Shown: one piece after another, positions 28,001 through 39,789 of the stretch
Layout of the letters: each line of letters opens with the position of its first letter
Numbering within the stretch: the first letter of the stretch is position 1
Source of the DNA: Azolla caroliniana
Taxonomy: Eukaryota > Plantae > Polypodiophyta
Length of the DNA stretch: 64,000 nucleotides
NCBI GenBank assembly: GCA_043228905.1
Contig: JBHGNT010000021.1
Location: 3,720,001-3,784,000, forward strand
Reading direction: 5' to 3'
Position numbers and translations under genes: made by a program
Notes under the pieces: generated by a model
The model's input: the letters and a program-made list of their open reading frames with translations, nothing else
The model's database searches: none
Told to the model about the DNA's origin: nothing

Positions 28001-28617
28001 GCATTCAGATAAAGTAGCACCTCTCTTTGATTAGTTCGCTTTCAGAAAACATCATTCTATAAAGTTGTAGGGTTTCACACAAGACCATTTGAATGTTACA
28101 TCTGCAACCCTCCTGGTTACTGTTCTCCATTAGCTTATATTTGCATTCTGTTAACTGTTTTAGCAAGACATCGAGAAAGATTCACCTGGGATGATGACAG
28201 AGACAGAGCGATACTTTGTTCTTAACCAAACCGACAGGCTTTGGAAAGAGCATCTCCAAGCTCTTAAGTTCCTACAGCAGGCAGTAGGATTACGAGGATA
28301 TGCTCAGCGAGACCCATTAGTGGAATACAAACTTGAGGGATATAATTTGTTTTTGGAGCTCATGGCACAGATCCGGCGCAATGCCATCTATTCAGTTTAC
28401 CAGGTATCTCCTGGACTTATTCATGTTTTAGTATGTGTCGCATATCCCACCAATTATCTAATCTTTAATACCATACGCCTCTCTGGTTTTTTAGTTTGAA
28501 CCAATTGTAGCGAAAAGGAATGAAGAGGGGGATACTGATACTGCTGAAATGCGTCGAAAACGTAGAAAGCAAGGAAGCAAAGACAAGAAAGCTAAAGCTG
28601 TTTCTTCAGCCAGATAG
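19079..28617 (+). CDS. SECA1: Chloroplast preprotein translocase SecA1; 20 exons: 19079-19507, 20729-20801, 20894-21100, 21606-21709, 21792-21971, 22119-22337, 23688-23801, 23883-23996, 24074-24241, 24495-24670, 24960-25032, 25110-25256, 25371-25466, 26339-26407, 26583-26684, 26810-27061, 27169-27236, 27322-27439, 28164-28403, 28495-28617
   Basis: Transit peptide; [10 protein letters not shown] (Walker A), [68 protein letters not shown] and [15 protein letters not shown]; exons join in frame. Confidence 0.96.
25863..26305. repeat. Intronic minisatellite in SECA1 intron 13, units of 95, 95, 84 and 84 bp plus a partial unit
   Basis: TTCATTAATATT(A/T)CCCAGCT at 25863, 25958, 26053, 26137 and 26221. 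Confidence 0.95.
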
Positions 28618-29849
28618 TTACTTAATAATGTCCAGAATTGTGTTATCTTATTGTACGTAGTGTTTGGTCCAAGATGCTGAAGAGTATATATGGCCATTAT
28701 CCAGTCCAGTGAATATTTCATGCTTGAGAGTTGAATGTGCCAACACACATTTATCTCTGATACACATACACATCACATCTGTTGTATTTCCAATTACTGG
28801 TGTACGTGAGGACGTATTTGTTACAAAACGCTCTAACTCTGCTGGGTGATTCACACAGGGATAACAATGTTGTAACCTCATTCATTTGCATTGTAGATTA
28901 CATTGCTCAAGAGCTGACTAGGCGCTCTATTGTAGCTCTCTCGAAGTTCAAATAAAGTAATCCAGAAAGCTTGCACCTATTTTGCAATCATAGTTTTTAG
29001 CCCTTAAATTTCTTGGCAATGAAAGGCAGTTTATGTGCTGCGGTGACATCATCCGAGGTGTGTATATTTGTTTTTAAATATGACACTTTCCATATAATTA
29101 CGGAACCACAAGCTATGATTATGATTTGGTTATATTCCCTCTATTGCTATGCCATGGTGGTATATCAATATTTCTTCAAATAGTCTTATGTTATTAAGCA
29201 AACATCTAGCATTTTCTGAATAAAATTAGACATTTACACAAGGCTGTGGTAATTGGCACTTAATTGGCCATTGAACAAATTGCTAGTGTTCAAGAGTGAT
29301 GTTATTTGCAAGGAGAATTGTTTTATATTGGTGTTATTTAGGAGAAGTTCAAGAAATTAAAAAGAATGTACAGAAAAGGTATCAAGAGAAGGAAATGATG
29401 ATGATCCAAGGACAAAAGCATCATGATCATAAGCTCATAATGATTTGGGAAAAGTTAAGACCGTTACATTGGTCGAGGTTGGGATGAGGGTGTTATATTG
29501 GTTGAGGCTGGCACTTACGTTGTGTGTGTAGAATTGGTTTTGCCTTTGTTTACGACAAGACATGCACATAAGGTTGTGATAAATAAAGATGAGGCCGGGA
29601 ATTGATATATATAGTAGAAACCCATTTTGGTAGTGTATCCCTGCCCTAACATCCCAACTTCATATAGGCTATAAAAAAGTCAAAGATTTGTGATGCATGC
29701 ACATTGATTAATATTGTTTTTCTCATCGTCTATTTACCAACCCAAACTTCAACCATAGCCCATAGTTAACTTTGCATCTCATTCTACTCCCCCACCTTCT
29801 TTCGTTTATAATTAGTCAATTCATTGATTTAGTTTTGGCATTAGTTTGG

Positions 29850-30530
29850 CAAGCTCCCGTATCACATTTTAATTGGTATAGTTAATGTTTTTTCTTACAT
29901 TTTGTGTGATGGGGGCAACTCTTTTCCATAGAGATTTCGTGTGACAAGAAGGTTTGGATGTAAATGTTTGATTTGATGGCCTGTGGGCACAAGATTTTCT
30001 TTTCAAATGCAATCACAAAATACTCTTAAAAATGACGTGCCAATTCTCTAAATTTTGTCAACTACCACACGATGATGCATATACATTTAGATGTATAATC
30101 CCATAGGAAACACAAGCACAAATAGCCCTTTACACTATCGAAGCACAAATTTTGAGTCGAAATGGTCTTATGTTGAATATTGTATAGAATAGGTTACATC
30201 ATACAATATATTGATATAAGAGGATTGTAAATTTGGCTATTGATTAATGATGAGGGAGGGACCAAAAAGCTTTAGGACTAAACTAACATGGCTAAATGAT
30301 GAAGAAGCATGGGAAACCCATCGATGTTCAAAATTGATGAGCTCCCTTATTACATTTCAATTGGTACAATTAATCTTGTTTCTTACATTTCATGCGCTGT
30401 GATGATTTTCCATAGATTTTGTGTGACAAGAGAGTTTGGATATAAGTATCTGATTTGGTGGGCACAATATTTCCTTTTCAAATGCAAAAACAAAATACTC
30501 TTAAAAAAAGGATGCATCAATTCTCAAAGT
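29850..30530. repeat. Diverged ~200-bp direct repeat pair (~29850-30050 and ~30340-30530)
   Basis: Shared AGCTCCC..ACATTT.AATTGGTA..TTTTCCATAGA..GTGTGACAAGA..CTTTTCAAATGCAA..CAAAATACTCTTAAAA. Confidence 0.8.
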
Positions 30531-30539
30531 TCCATCATA

Positions 30540-30620
30540 GTCACTAGCACTATAGGTGTTAAGCAAGGATCCTGACGTTCAGAAACTTTGTTTGGCATGT
30601 GCATGGATCAATTTGAACAA
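30540..30620 (+). mobile_element. Small LINE RT relic
   Basis: TSTIGVKQGS*RSETLFGMCMDQFE resembles the LINE RT motif GVKQGCPLSPTLF. Confidence 0.5.
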
Positions 30621-31807
30621 ATGGTTCACAAGTTTTATGGACCATCATGGTTTTATGGGAATGTAGTCATCATGGTTTTGTTTTATGAACCATATATGGT
30701 ATTGTAAGTAAATACTTAGAAGCTACACAAAAGCCTACAAACATTCTAATAAACTATATGCATGAATAGTGAGTGTCAAGACATCAAAAAATAAGGCTAA
30801 TGGTTATGGAGATTAATCATTAATGATAAGCACACAATGAATTACAGATGATAAGCAAATGCTCACATTGCATGATCATGTGACTATTCATGGCTGTAAG
30901 ATACAATAGGATATGTATATAAGACAATTAATTTGTTTGTGGCAAATGTGCACACATCTTCTCACAAGAAAGGCATTATGCAAATGACGTATGTCATGTG
31001 AAATGCCAACAAGGGTATGAGGCCAATGGGCTCATTATGTGCCTTATTTTCCACACTCATGATGTCACTTACAAGAAAGGCATCATGTGAGTGATGTATG
31101 TCTTGTTAAAAGCCAATAGGGACATGAGGCTAATGGGCTGTTTATGTGGCTTATTTTCCAAGCTTCAACCTATAGCGAGAACATTGTTGGTTCTTCAACC
31201 TTGCCCTTGGTGAGTTTATTTTTTGTCCTTCCATGCATCAATCTATTGTACAATTATTTTTACAATCCTCTTAGTATTAATTTACTTCATGACATTAGGC
31301 CATCAAAAGCGTTATCATCATGGGAATCTCAAGCGAGTCTCGTGTATGTGGTCAAAAAAGTTGTGGATGCCGCCACTTTATTGTCCCCTCGAGGACGTGG
31401 ATTTGACAAATGCTTATTAGTCTTTGGGGGGGGGGGGGTGTGAACAATACATCCTGTCTCTTGACTATGTTTTCTTTTCCCCCCGTCACTAGCCCACCAT
31501 AAGATAGGCCAATATTGGGAGCATCTTTGGCTTTTAGCTTTTGCGTTTTGCGTTTTGCTTTAGGAGAGAAAAGACACCCTATAGAAACTTATATGTATTA
31601 TTTTTGTGTGTGTTAAAAAAAAGCATTGCCTCATTATCTCATGAGTTGCCATTAGAAATTTGCGCAATACCTTTGATTAACTGACCTGATCGGGGCCGGC
31701 AGAGACGGTAACGGTGACGGTGACGGTGACGGTGACGGTGACGGTGACGGTGACGGTGACGGCGACGGGACCTTGGACGGTGACTGTGGCGGTGACGGGC
31801 GGCGGCG

Positions 31808-33427
31808 ATGGATATGGCGGCGGCGAGCATGTACTGGATGGGCGCCTACGCCGTCCTGGAGAGGCTCCTGCCTCCTCCCCTCCGCCTGTGGATCTACAGG
31901 AAAACGCAGGCCCTCTGCACCTGGCTCTTCCATGGCGATCAATCCCATGTAGTCACACTCAGAATCCCCGATTTCTCTGAAGACTGCAGAAACCACGCCT
32001 TCCGCCATTGCCTCATCTACCTCAGCTCCCTCCACCATGCTTCCCTCAGCCATCACAAACGCCTCGATGTCCTCCGATTGAAGGAGCTCGGCCATCTCTC
32101 CTTCCGCCTCCCTGTCGGCATGATCCTCGAAGACACCTTCAGAGGCGTCGTGGTTCGCTGGACCAAACAGAAAACCGACGAGAACGGCGATGGCGATGGC
32201 GATGGTTATGGCTATGGCCCTTCTTCTGGTAGGGCCTGCGGAGAATATTTCACGCTCGAGTTCCCAGCCATCAGGAGGCCCGCCATCGTGCCCGACTATC
32301 TGGAGCACATCACTGGGACAGCTATGGAGATCCAACGTCGGACCACGCAGCTTAATCTCTACAGAAACAAGAGAAGGAGTTCCTGGAAGCCTGTTCCCTT
32401 CACTCACCCTTCCACGTTTGACAGCCTCGCCCTCGACACCGAGCTCCGCCGCGGGATCCTTGACGACCTCGACGACTTCTGCAACAGCCAAGACCGCTAC
32501 CGCCGCCTCGGCCGTGCTTGGAAGCGGGGTTACCTCCTCCATGGCCCGCCTGGAACAGGCAAGACGAGCCTCATAGCTGCCATAGCCAACTACCTCCATT
32601 ACGATGTCTACGATCTCGAGCTCACAGGCATCTACGACAACGATGAGCTGAAATTGCTGCTGATGAGCACCACACGCAAGTCGATCATCGTCATAGAGGA
32701 CATCGATTGCTCGTTCCGTTTCGCTGAGCGGGAAGAGGCTGAGAAGGAGGGATTGGAAGTAGGCAGCGACATGACATGCGGTGGTGGAGCAGCTTCCATA
32801 GCCAGTGGAGGGGGGAGGTCAGGCGCGGCTGCAAAGAGAATTTCTGCAGACAGACCGAGATTGACGCTCTCAGGGCTGCTGGATTTCACAGGGGGGTTGT
32901 GGTCGGGGTGTGTGGAGGAGAGGATCTTCATCTTCACGACCAATTTCAAGGGGAGGCTGGACCCTGCAGTGCTGAGGCCAGGGAGCATGGACATGCATAT
33001 CCTCCTCTCCTACTGCACCTTCTCCGTCGTGGAGAAGCTAGCGGACATTTACCTGGGGTTGGGCGGCCGAAAGAAGAACTACCGGGATCTGTTGGCGGAC
33101 CTGGAGGAGGCGGCCCGTGGCCCTCACGCGGTCACTCCCGCCCACGTCACGGAGATCTTCATCAGCCGTCGGGCCGAGGGCCCCAACGCCGCGCTCTCGG
33201 CCGCCATCGAGGCCTTCCGGAGCTCGTCCCGCACTTTCATCCCCCCCCCCCCCCCCCCCCGGGGGGGCAGTGCCAATGCCAATGCCAATGCCAATGCCAA
33301 TGCCAATGCCAATACCAATGCCTATGCCTTCGGCTGGGGCGAATTCGGCTTCTGCCGGATGCTAACCAAGGTATATAATCCGATAGATATAGTCGAACTC
33401 TCCCCCCAAGGAAGTTACATGTCTTAG
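31808..33427 (+). CDS. Intronless BCS1-like plant AAA-ATPase (OM66/ASD family), copy 1, with degenerate SRH motifs
   Basis: AAA_assoc-type N-domain, FTHPSTFDSLALD, GRAWKRGYLLHGPPGTGKT, YDLEL, IIVIEDIDCS; but LSGLLDFTGGLWS and DPAVLRPGSMDMHI. Confidence 0.9.
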   Translation: MDMAAASMYWMGAYAVLERLLPPPLRLWIYRKTQALCTWLFHGDQSHVVTLRIPDFSEDCRNHAFRHCLIYLSSLHHASLSHHKRLDVLRLKELGHLSFRLPVGMILEDTFRGVVVRWTKQKTDENGDGDGDGYGYGPSSGRACGEYFTLEFPAIRRPAIVPDYLEHITGTAMEIQRRTTQLNLYRNKRRSSWKPVPFTHPSTFDSLALDTELRRGILDDLDDFCNSQDRYRRLGRAWKRGYLLHGPPGTGKTSLIAAIANYLHYDVYDLELTGIYDNDELKLLLMSTTRKSIIVIEDIDCSFRFAEREEAEKEGLEVGSDMTCGGGAASIASGGGRSGAAAKRISADRPRLTLSGLLDFTGGLWSGCVEERIFIFTTNFKGRLDPAVLRPGSMDMHILLSYCTFSVVEKLADIYLGLGGRKKNYRDLLADLEEAARGPHAVTPAHVTEIFISRRAEGPNAALSAAIEAFRSSSRTFIPPPPPPRGGSANANANANANANANTNAYAFGWGEFGFCRMLTKVYNPIDIVELSPQGSYMS

Positions 33428-33867
33428 AACCTCTTAGGTAGTGTGCCATTAGTGGTTAATTTTTGTTAGTCATAAATGGGGGCAAAAACAACCATTTCGG
33501 TACTCATTTTGGTAGTGAAATGCGTATATGTCCTGCCTTATTTGAGCCCTATTGGTCCGTATCAAGTTATCATCCTTCCTCCCTTGTGTCTCTATAATCT
33601 ATTGCAAGCTCATGTTGTTAACATACTATCGTACACCGCATGTCGTCGCTTTCTTAATGTATTCAATTCTCCTTCCCATCCATCCAAGCTCTCGTTGTTC
33701 TCATGACACCCATTTTTTACAAAAACATCAATCAATCATTTTTTACGAAGTCGTTTTTCCATAGCTTCGCATCATGCACTCACTACCTCTGGTTTAAAAA
33801 AGAGGCGCATTGGAAGAGCCCAAAATGCTGGACATAAATGCATTCAATCCAGGAGCACACAACTAAA

Positions 33868-34030
33868 TGTTAGGAATATGAGACTAAATCGGGATGATTT
33901 AAACTTCAAACACAATTAACACTTGATAAAACCACAAGACGAAAATGAGAGTACACCAAAATTTTTAATGTAGAAAACCCAAAGTAAGGAAAAACCAAGG
34001 GAACCGTAGGTTCTAAACAACTTCACTATA
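33868..34030 (-). mobile_element. Possible Copia-type LTR remnant
   Basis: Reverse complement contains TGGTTTTTCC..GGGTTTTCTACATTAAAAATT and ends ..CCTAACA, resembling plant Copia LTR 3' ends; no TSD found. Confidence 0.3.
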
Positions 34031-34404
34031 ATTTTGAGTACAATGGAATACGACCTCACTAGAGGAGTGTATCTACCTCAAGGCAATGACCTTGGTTACA
34101 ACCTTCACCCAATCGGGTAGATAGAATAACCAAGATTACAAACTAAGTACAACTGTTACGGGCATGACCATAAAATATCATGTGGTGAGAATTTACCGTA
34201 GTATTCTATACACGTGGATAAGTGTGAGGGTTAAACGAGAGTGTAAAGAAGGGGAGGATTACTTTTAATCCTCGGGATTGAGACAACCCAATAGGACAAG
34301 TGTGAACTTGCCTGGGAGCTATAACTATGAGGCCTAGCTATGGAACGTACCATTAAGCAACCAATGTAGAAGTGTGAACATGTTTTATGTTCGACAATGA
34401 TTTT

Positions 34405-34543
34405 TGTGATGTAGAAGTACACTATCCTTTTTATAATTCTTTGAGTATGTTTCTACGTTTATCAATACTACAACATTAGGAAAAGTATCAAACTAGAAAG
34501 GACCCATTATATTAAGGGCAATCAATCAAGGGGACTATGGATG

Positions 34544-34595
<52 letters not shown>

Positions 34596-35674
34596 CTATT
34601 TGCTTTTTGGGGTGGGTGTGTGTGGAGTAAAAGGGGAGTATATATCCCTCCAGTTTTGGATCTACGTTTATCAATACTACAACATTAGGAAAAGTATCAA
34701 ACTAGAAACGACCCATTATACTAAGGGCAATCAATGAGAGAGAGAGAGAGGCTATTTGCTTTTTGGGGTGGATGTGTGTAGAGTAAAAGGGGAGTATATA
34801 TCCCTCCAGTTTTGGGTTTGTTTATAAATTATGTGAAGGAGATGCATCAAGATGGTACAAGGACATTTTTACCATGGATATAACTAAATGCATAAAAATG
34901 GTACAAGGACAGTTCTCATGGACAACTATATTAGTAGCATAAATTACCTAACATTTTACACAAACCAACACCAGCCCAGCAAGAAACCCTTTCCATCCAT
35001 CCAGTCATGCCCTCTTATTCGAATTACAATGAAGAATAGCAAAAAATATGTAATGAGTCGGATAATGTCTTCCAAATTTTCTTCAAATAACAAGAGCATT
35101 AGAGATGACGTGTCACGAGAAGCAACATGTTTCCTCCGATGACGTCATAATTAGTGTGTCCTTACACGCTTGAAATCAGTATCTGGAACACTTGCATCCA
35201 AGGATGGGGGAACCTGGTTAGTCACCTGCAAGCAAGAAAGGTTTTTCTTTATTATAATTTATAGGTAAGGAAGACTTAATGCCATACATGTACATGTAAC
35301 TATGTGTGTACATGTACATGTAGCTAGAATGGTTTTTCTACTTTTTCGATACAATAGGTAAGGAGGTAGTACCATGCATGTATATGTACCTATGTGTGCG
35401 CGCGTTGTTTATACATTACACATCTTACCAATCTAAACATTCCACGCATACTATTCAATTTCTTTAGAAATGTTTTCAATAAGAACTTAAGGACATTTGG
35501 CGAAATAAATAGAAAAACTTAAAGAGGGGTATTCCAGAGTTTTTAAGACTCATATAAACGATTGTTGGCAACATACACTGGTGGTTTGGTGAAGACGAGT
35601 TGCGAATGTCATTACAGTCTCATCTGGCAACGTTGCCCAATGGAGACTAGGTGGTAATCGGTTCAACCCCTACA
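34405..35674 (+). repeat. 1.27-kb direct repeat, copy 1 (contains an internal ~200-bp duplication and (GA)n)
   Basis: Near-identical to 39788-41042 from TGTGATGTAGAAGTAC to GTTCAACCCCTACA. Confidence 0.97.
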
Positions 35675-36299
35675 ATTGAATTATTATTTTTTGAACAACC
35701 CTTTCCATACCCATGATTCCACAAGGAGAAGTGATCCAATCTCATAGAGTAGGAACATGTATGGGCATCTATATAAACTTCACAAGGAAATTATGTGTTT
35801 GGACATTTTCAAACTCTTTCAACATAAATTATCAGTCCATTTTTAAAGTGTAATGAATTCTATCATCCACATCATTTCTTTGTATTTTTTAGTTTTGTAT
35901 GTCAATTGAATTATTATTTTTTGAACAACCCTTTCCATACCCATGGTTCCCCAAGGAGAAGTGATCCAATCTCATAGAGTAGGAACATATATGGGCATCT
36001 ATATAAACTTCACAAGGAAATTATGTGTTTGGACATTTTCAAATTTTTTGACATGAACTATCAAGTCCATTATAAAGTGTAATGAATTCTATCATCCACA
36101 TCATTTCTTTGTATTTTTTAGTTTTGTATGTCAATTGAATTATTATTTTTTGAACAACCCTTTCCATACCCATGATTCCCCAAGGAGAAGTGATCCAATC
36201 TCATAGAGTAGGAACATATATGGGCATCGATATAAACTTTACAAGGAAATTATGTGTTTGGACATTTTCAAACTCTTTCGACGTGAACTATCACTCCAT
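35673..36299. repeat. Tandem repeat, ~230-bp unit x ~2.7
   Basis: CAATTGAATTATTATTTTTTGAACAACCC at 35673, 35903 and 36132. Confidence 0.95.
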
Positions 36300-37550
36300 A
36301 ATCCAACCTAACCTTATTGAGCATCTTAGTGTTACGAACATGTCAAATAGTTGTTTCTTAGGAACCAAAAGTTCATTTTTCCTTCCTAATAGTAAGCCCT
36401 CACACCCCCTTCCAAGTAGCAATGTTAATAGGACGCTTAAGTTGTTTCTTGGAGTCTCATTCAGAGGCATACTTTTCGTCTTGGAGATATTAACACTCCC
36501 TTTACCCTCCCTTGATCACTCCCATTCATTTAAACCTCATTCTCTAAAACATCTCTCTTTTTATCTTCTATGGTCTCTTGTTTTTTTGTTTTTTGTTACA
36601 TCTATTCCTCCCCTTCTTGTGACACTACGATGTTTCGTATCACTTCTTGTGTTTGAACATATCCATATGGACCTAAAAGCACTCTTCTTCCAAAATTTTG
36701 TTGCCTTTGCATCACATCAATGGACCATCAGGGTTTTCTTAAATATACACACACATGCATACATATATACATATATATAATTGTTTCATTTTCCATATTT
36801 GGTTTGAGTCTAATTCATAGGCATAAATTTCAGCTTGGAGACGTTAACACTTCATTTACTTGCATACAAAAGTTTTCCACAAGACTTAAAAGCTTATGGG
36901 TATCTTCTAAAGTATTTGCAAAATGCATCACGTGGGTTGTGTATAACAAAAGCATGATTATTACATTTTAGAATTCCTATTCTATCGAATCATCAACTAT
37001 TTGTTTTGATTCATCAATGCATAAACCAAAGTGAGTCGTTGAGAGTGACCATATCTTAGCTCAACAAACATCCTACTAGTTCAAAAATCTTAATTTACTT
37101 AAAAACAAAAGGTGTTATACAAAAGACCATGACAAGAAGTAAGACTAACCAAAACTTGGTTCATGATGAAGAGAACAAGGGCATGTTTGTAATGCTCTAA
37201 GGGCTTGTTTAATCTATGCTTAGAAGAGAAAGCTTTTTGAAATCACTACTATTAAGACTTCATTGGATAGTATAGAGTGTAATGGGTTCAATGGTAGCTT
37301 CAATACACATATTTGAAGAAATCATTACTTAACCTCCCACTCACTCACGATATAAAGCACCATGGAAACACTACTAGAGTAAGTTTTCCATTGCTAGCTT
37401 GCCCGCCCGATAATTCACTTAGAAAACTATACCACATCATCACTCACTCAGGAGAGAAAATGCACCATGGAAATGACATGTCTTTGCCCCTAAAATTTCA
37501 CTTAGAAAGAACCACACCACATCAAAGGTGTTGCTAACCTACAAACCAGA

Positions 37551-39137
37551 CTACATCAAGTGAATTGTCCGTGGGATGCCTTTCTTTTCTTGTTTCCGGT
37601 ATGACATCTCCCACTGATTGGTACCTGCACCTGTTTTTAGGGCATCCGCGGAAGTCCGAATGGCTTCGATGACGGCTTTGAGCTCGGTCTCAGGATTACC
37701 TCCTCCCCGGTATCTGATGAATGTCTCGGCCACGGCCGCGGGAGTGACCGTGTGCTGGCCACACGCCACCTCCTCCAGCTCAATGAACAATTCCGGGTGG
37801 GTTTCCCGGGACGTGCCATCAAGGTAATTCACCGCTAGTTTCTCCACCACCGCTGGGGTGCAATAGGAGAGGTGGATATGCATATCCATGCGGCCCGGTC
37901 TCAGCAATGCCGGGTCGAGCCTCTCCTTGAAATTGGTGGTGAAGATGAAGATCCGCTCCTCGGCGCACCCCGACCATAGCCCGTCGGTGAAATTCAGCAG
38001 TCCCGAGAGCGTCAGTTTGGAGGCGGTGGGGTCGGTTGCGGTGATCCCATGGGAGTTGTTAGTGGTGGAAGTTTCCATGGTATTATTACCATTGGATTCG
38101 GGTCCATTGATGACATTGCTCCTCCGGTCCGCAAATTGGAACGAGCAATCGATGTCTTCTATGACGATGATCGACCTGCGAGTGGTGCTCATGAGGAGCT
38201 TTTTGAGCTCGGCATTGTCCCTGACATTCGTGAGCTCGAGGTCATAGATGTCATAGTGGAGGCGGTTGGCTATGGCCGCAATGAGGCTGGACTTGCCCGT
38301 CCCGGGGGGGCCATGGAGGAGGTACCCACGCTTCCAAGCCCGGCCCAGATGGCGGTACAAGTCCTGGTTCTCGCGGAAGCTGTCGAGGTCATCGAGGAGC
38401 TTAGAGTGGAGGTCCGTGTCGAGGGCTATGCTATCAAAGGTGGAAGGATGGGTGAAGGGGGCAGAATCCCAGTGGCCGTTCCTGAATCTGGAGTTCGAAC
38501 AGATCTTGAGCTGGGTGTTCTTATGTTGGATCTCCATAGCCGTGCGTGTAACGTGCTCCAGATAGCCGGGCACGATGGCCGACCGGCCCGATGCCGGAAA
38601 GTCGAGAGTGAAGTACTCATTATCACTGCCCCTACCATTTGTCCGGCCTCGTCCTCCTGCTCCATAGCCACCGCCTCCCCCCCGAGGATTACCTCCTCCT
38701 CCATACCTTCCGGAGCCACCATTGGAATCTTCTTTCATTTTTTTCCACTGGACCACGACACCATGGAAGGTGTCCTCGAGGATCACTCCGAGGGGGAGAT
38801 GGAAACGGAGCGGGTCCCCCTCGTGGACCCTCACGACATCTAGGCTCTTGTGGTTGCACAATGCATTGTCGAGGGAGCTGATGTATAGAACCGAGTGGCG
38901 GTAGACATGGTTGATGCACTCGTCCGATCTCTCCGGGATTCGGAGAGTGACAGTGTCGGGAGCCTCGTGATGGAGGAGCCACTGCCAGAGTGCATCCATC
39001 TTCCGGCTGAGCCACTGCTGGAGGGGGGGTGGCAGAAACCTCTCGAGGAGGGCATACATGCCCATCCAGTACATGGCAACCGACATGAAATCCATCCTGT
39101 TGCCGCCTCTGCCTCCGCCCCCGCGCCCGACCGCCAT
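37551..39137 (-). CDS. Intronless BCS1-like plant AAA-ATPase, copy 2, all catalytic motifs intact (528 aa from the ATG at 39137)
   Basis: GPPGTGKS, IIVIEDIDCS, LTLSGLLNFTDGLWS, FTTN and DPALLRPGRMDMHI; collinear with copy 1. Confidence 0.94.
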   Translation of the reverse strand: MAVGRGGGGRGGNRMDFMSVAMYWMGMYALLERFLPPPLQQWLSRKMDALWQWLLHHEAPDTVTLRIPERSDECINHVYRHSVLYISSLDNALCNHKSLDVVRVHEGDPLRFHLPLGVILEDTFHGVVVQWKKMKEDSNGGSGRYGGGGNPRGGGGGYGAGGRGRTNGRGSDNEYFTLDFPASGRSAIVPGYLEHVTRTAMEIQHKNTQLKICSNSRFRNGHWDSAPFTHPSTFDSIALDTDLHSKLLDDLDSFRENQDLYRHLGRAWKRGYLLHGPPGTGKSSLIAAIANRLHYDIYDLELTNVRDNAELKKLLMSTTRRSIIVIEDIDCSFQFADRRSNVINGPESNGNNTMETSTTNNSHGITATDPTASKLTLSGLLNFTDGLWSGCAEERIFIFTTNFKERLDPALLRPGRMDMHIHLSYCTPAVVEKLAVNYLDGTSRETHPELFIELEEVACGQHTVTPAAVAETFIRYRGGGNPETELKAVIEAIRTSADALKTGAGTNQWEMSYRKQEKKGIPRTIHLM

Positions 39138-39364
39138 TGGAACTCTTTTTAACCTAAAAAAGATTTGTCCCAATTTGCTCTAAAGCAAATTCATCAGATG
39201 ATGAATGCAAACTTGCAATTGCCAATTCATGAGATGAATGAGGCAATGAGTATATGCACACACCCGGCCAACATATATATAGTTCCTTAAGAAGCTTTCT
39301 CAAAAGCAGTATATATATATATAGTTCCTTAAGATGTGTGTAGTTCCTTAAGATGTCACACACT

Positions 39365-39413
<49 letters not shown>

Positions 39414-39417
<4 letters not shown>

Positions 39418-39624
39418 AGGTGGTCATGGGTTCAACCCCTACATCTAGTGAAATAGAGATATATATGCAGTGTATAATAACCCCTACATTTCACAGTGGC
39501 ATCTAGTGAAATAGAGATATATATGCAGTATATAATAGAGAGATGGGGAAATTAGGTTTTGAACCCAAGACATAATGCTTGTAGTGTTATCGACTTACCA
39601 CTAAGGTAAGGTAATTACGATAAC

Positions 39625-39661
<37 letters not shown>

Positions 39662-39789
39662 CTTGCAGCCCAGAGAGAGAGAGAGAGATTAATGTAGCTC
39701 AATTGGTAAGGTTGCCCAACGGAGACCAGGTGGTCATGGGTCAACCCCTACATTCCACAGTGGCATCTAGTGAAATAGAGATATATATG
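39414..39789. mobile_element. Cluster of tRNA-derived SINE-like modules on both strands
   Basis: + strand: A box TAGCTCAATTGG (39695) and B-like GGG(T)TCAACCCC (39738, 39428). - strand: A-like TACCTTAGTGG and B GGTTCAAAACC (~39555-39608). Interspersed with (GA)n. Confidence 0.6.

Noticed and set aside
19079-28617. secA as bacterial contamination or recent HGT
   Set aside because: 19 spliceosomal introns and a transit peptide mark it as the ordinary nuclear-encoded plastid SecA1
31652-32599. Long antisense and alternative-frame ORFs over both AAA genes and over the GC-rich retroelements
   Set aside because: Expected shadows of GC-rich coding sequence; no recognisable motifs
34888-35142. 84-aa ORF repeated at 40256-40510
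   Set aside because: Its conservation is explained by the recent DNA duplication; no protein features
36172-36780. 202-aa hydrophobic ORF
   Set aside because: It begins inside the 230-bp tandem repeat and runs through T-rich sequence; no domain recognised
39692-39757. Functional tRNA genes here or at 52073-52127 and 60723-60776
   Set aside because: A/B boxes are present, but the acceptor and anticodon stems do not fold canonically by eye
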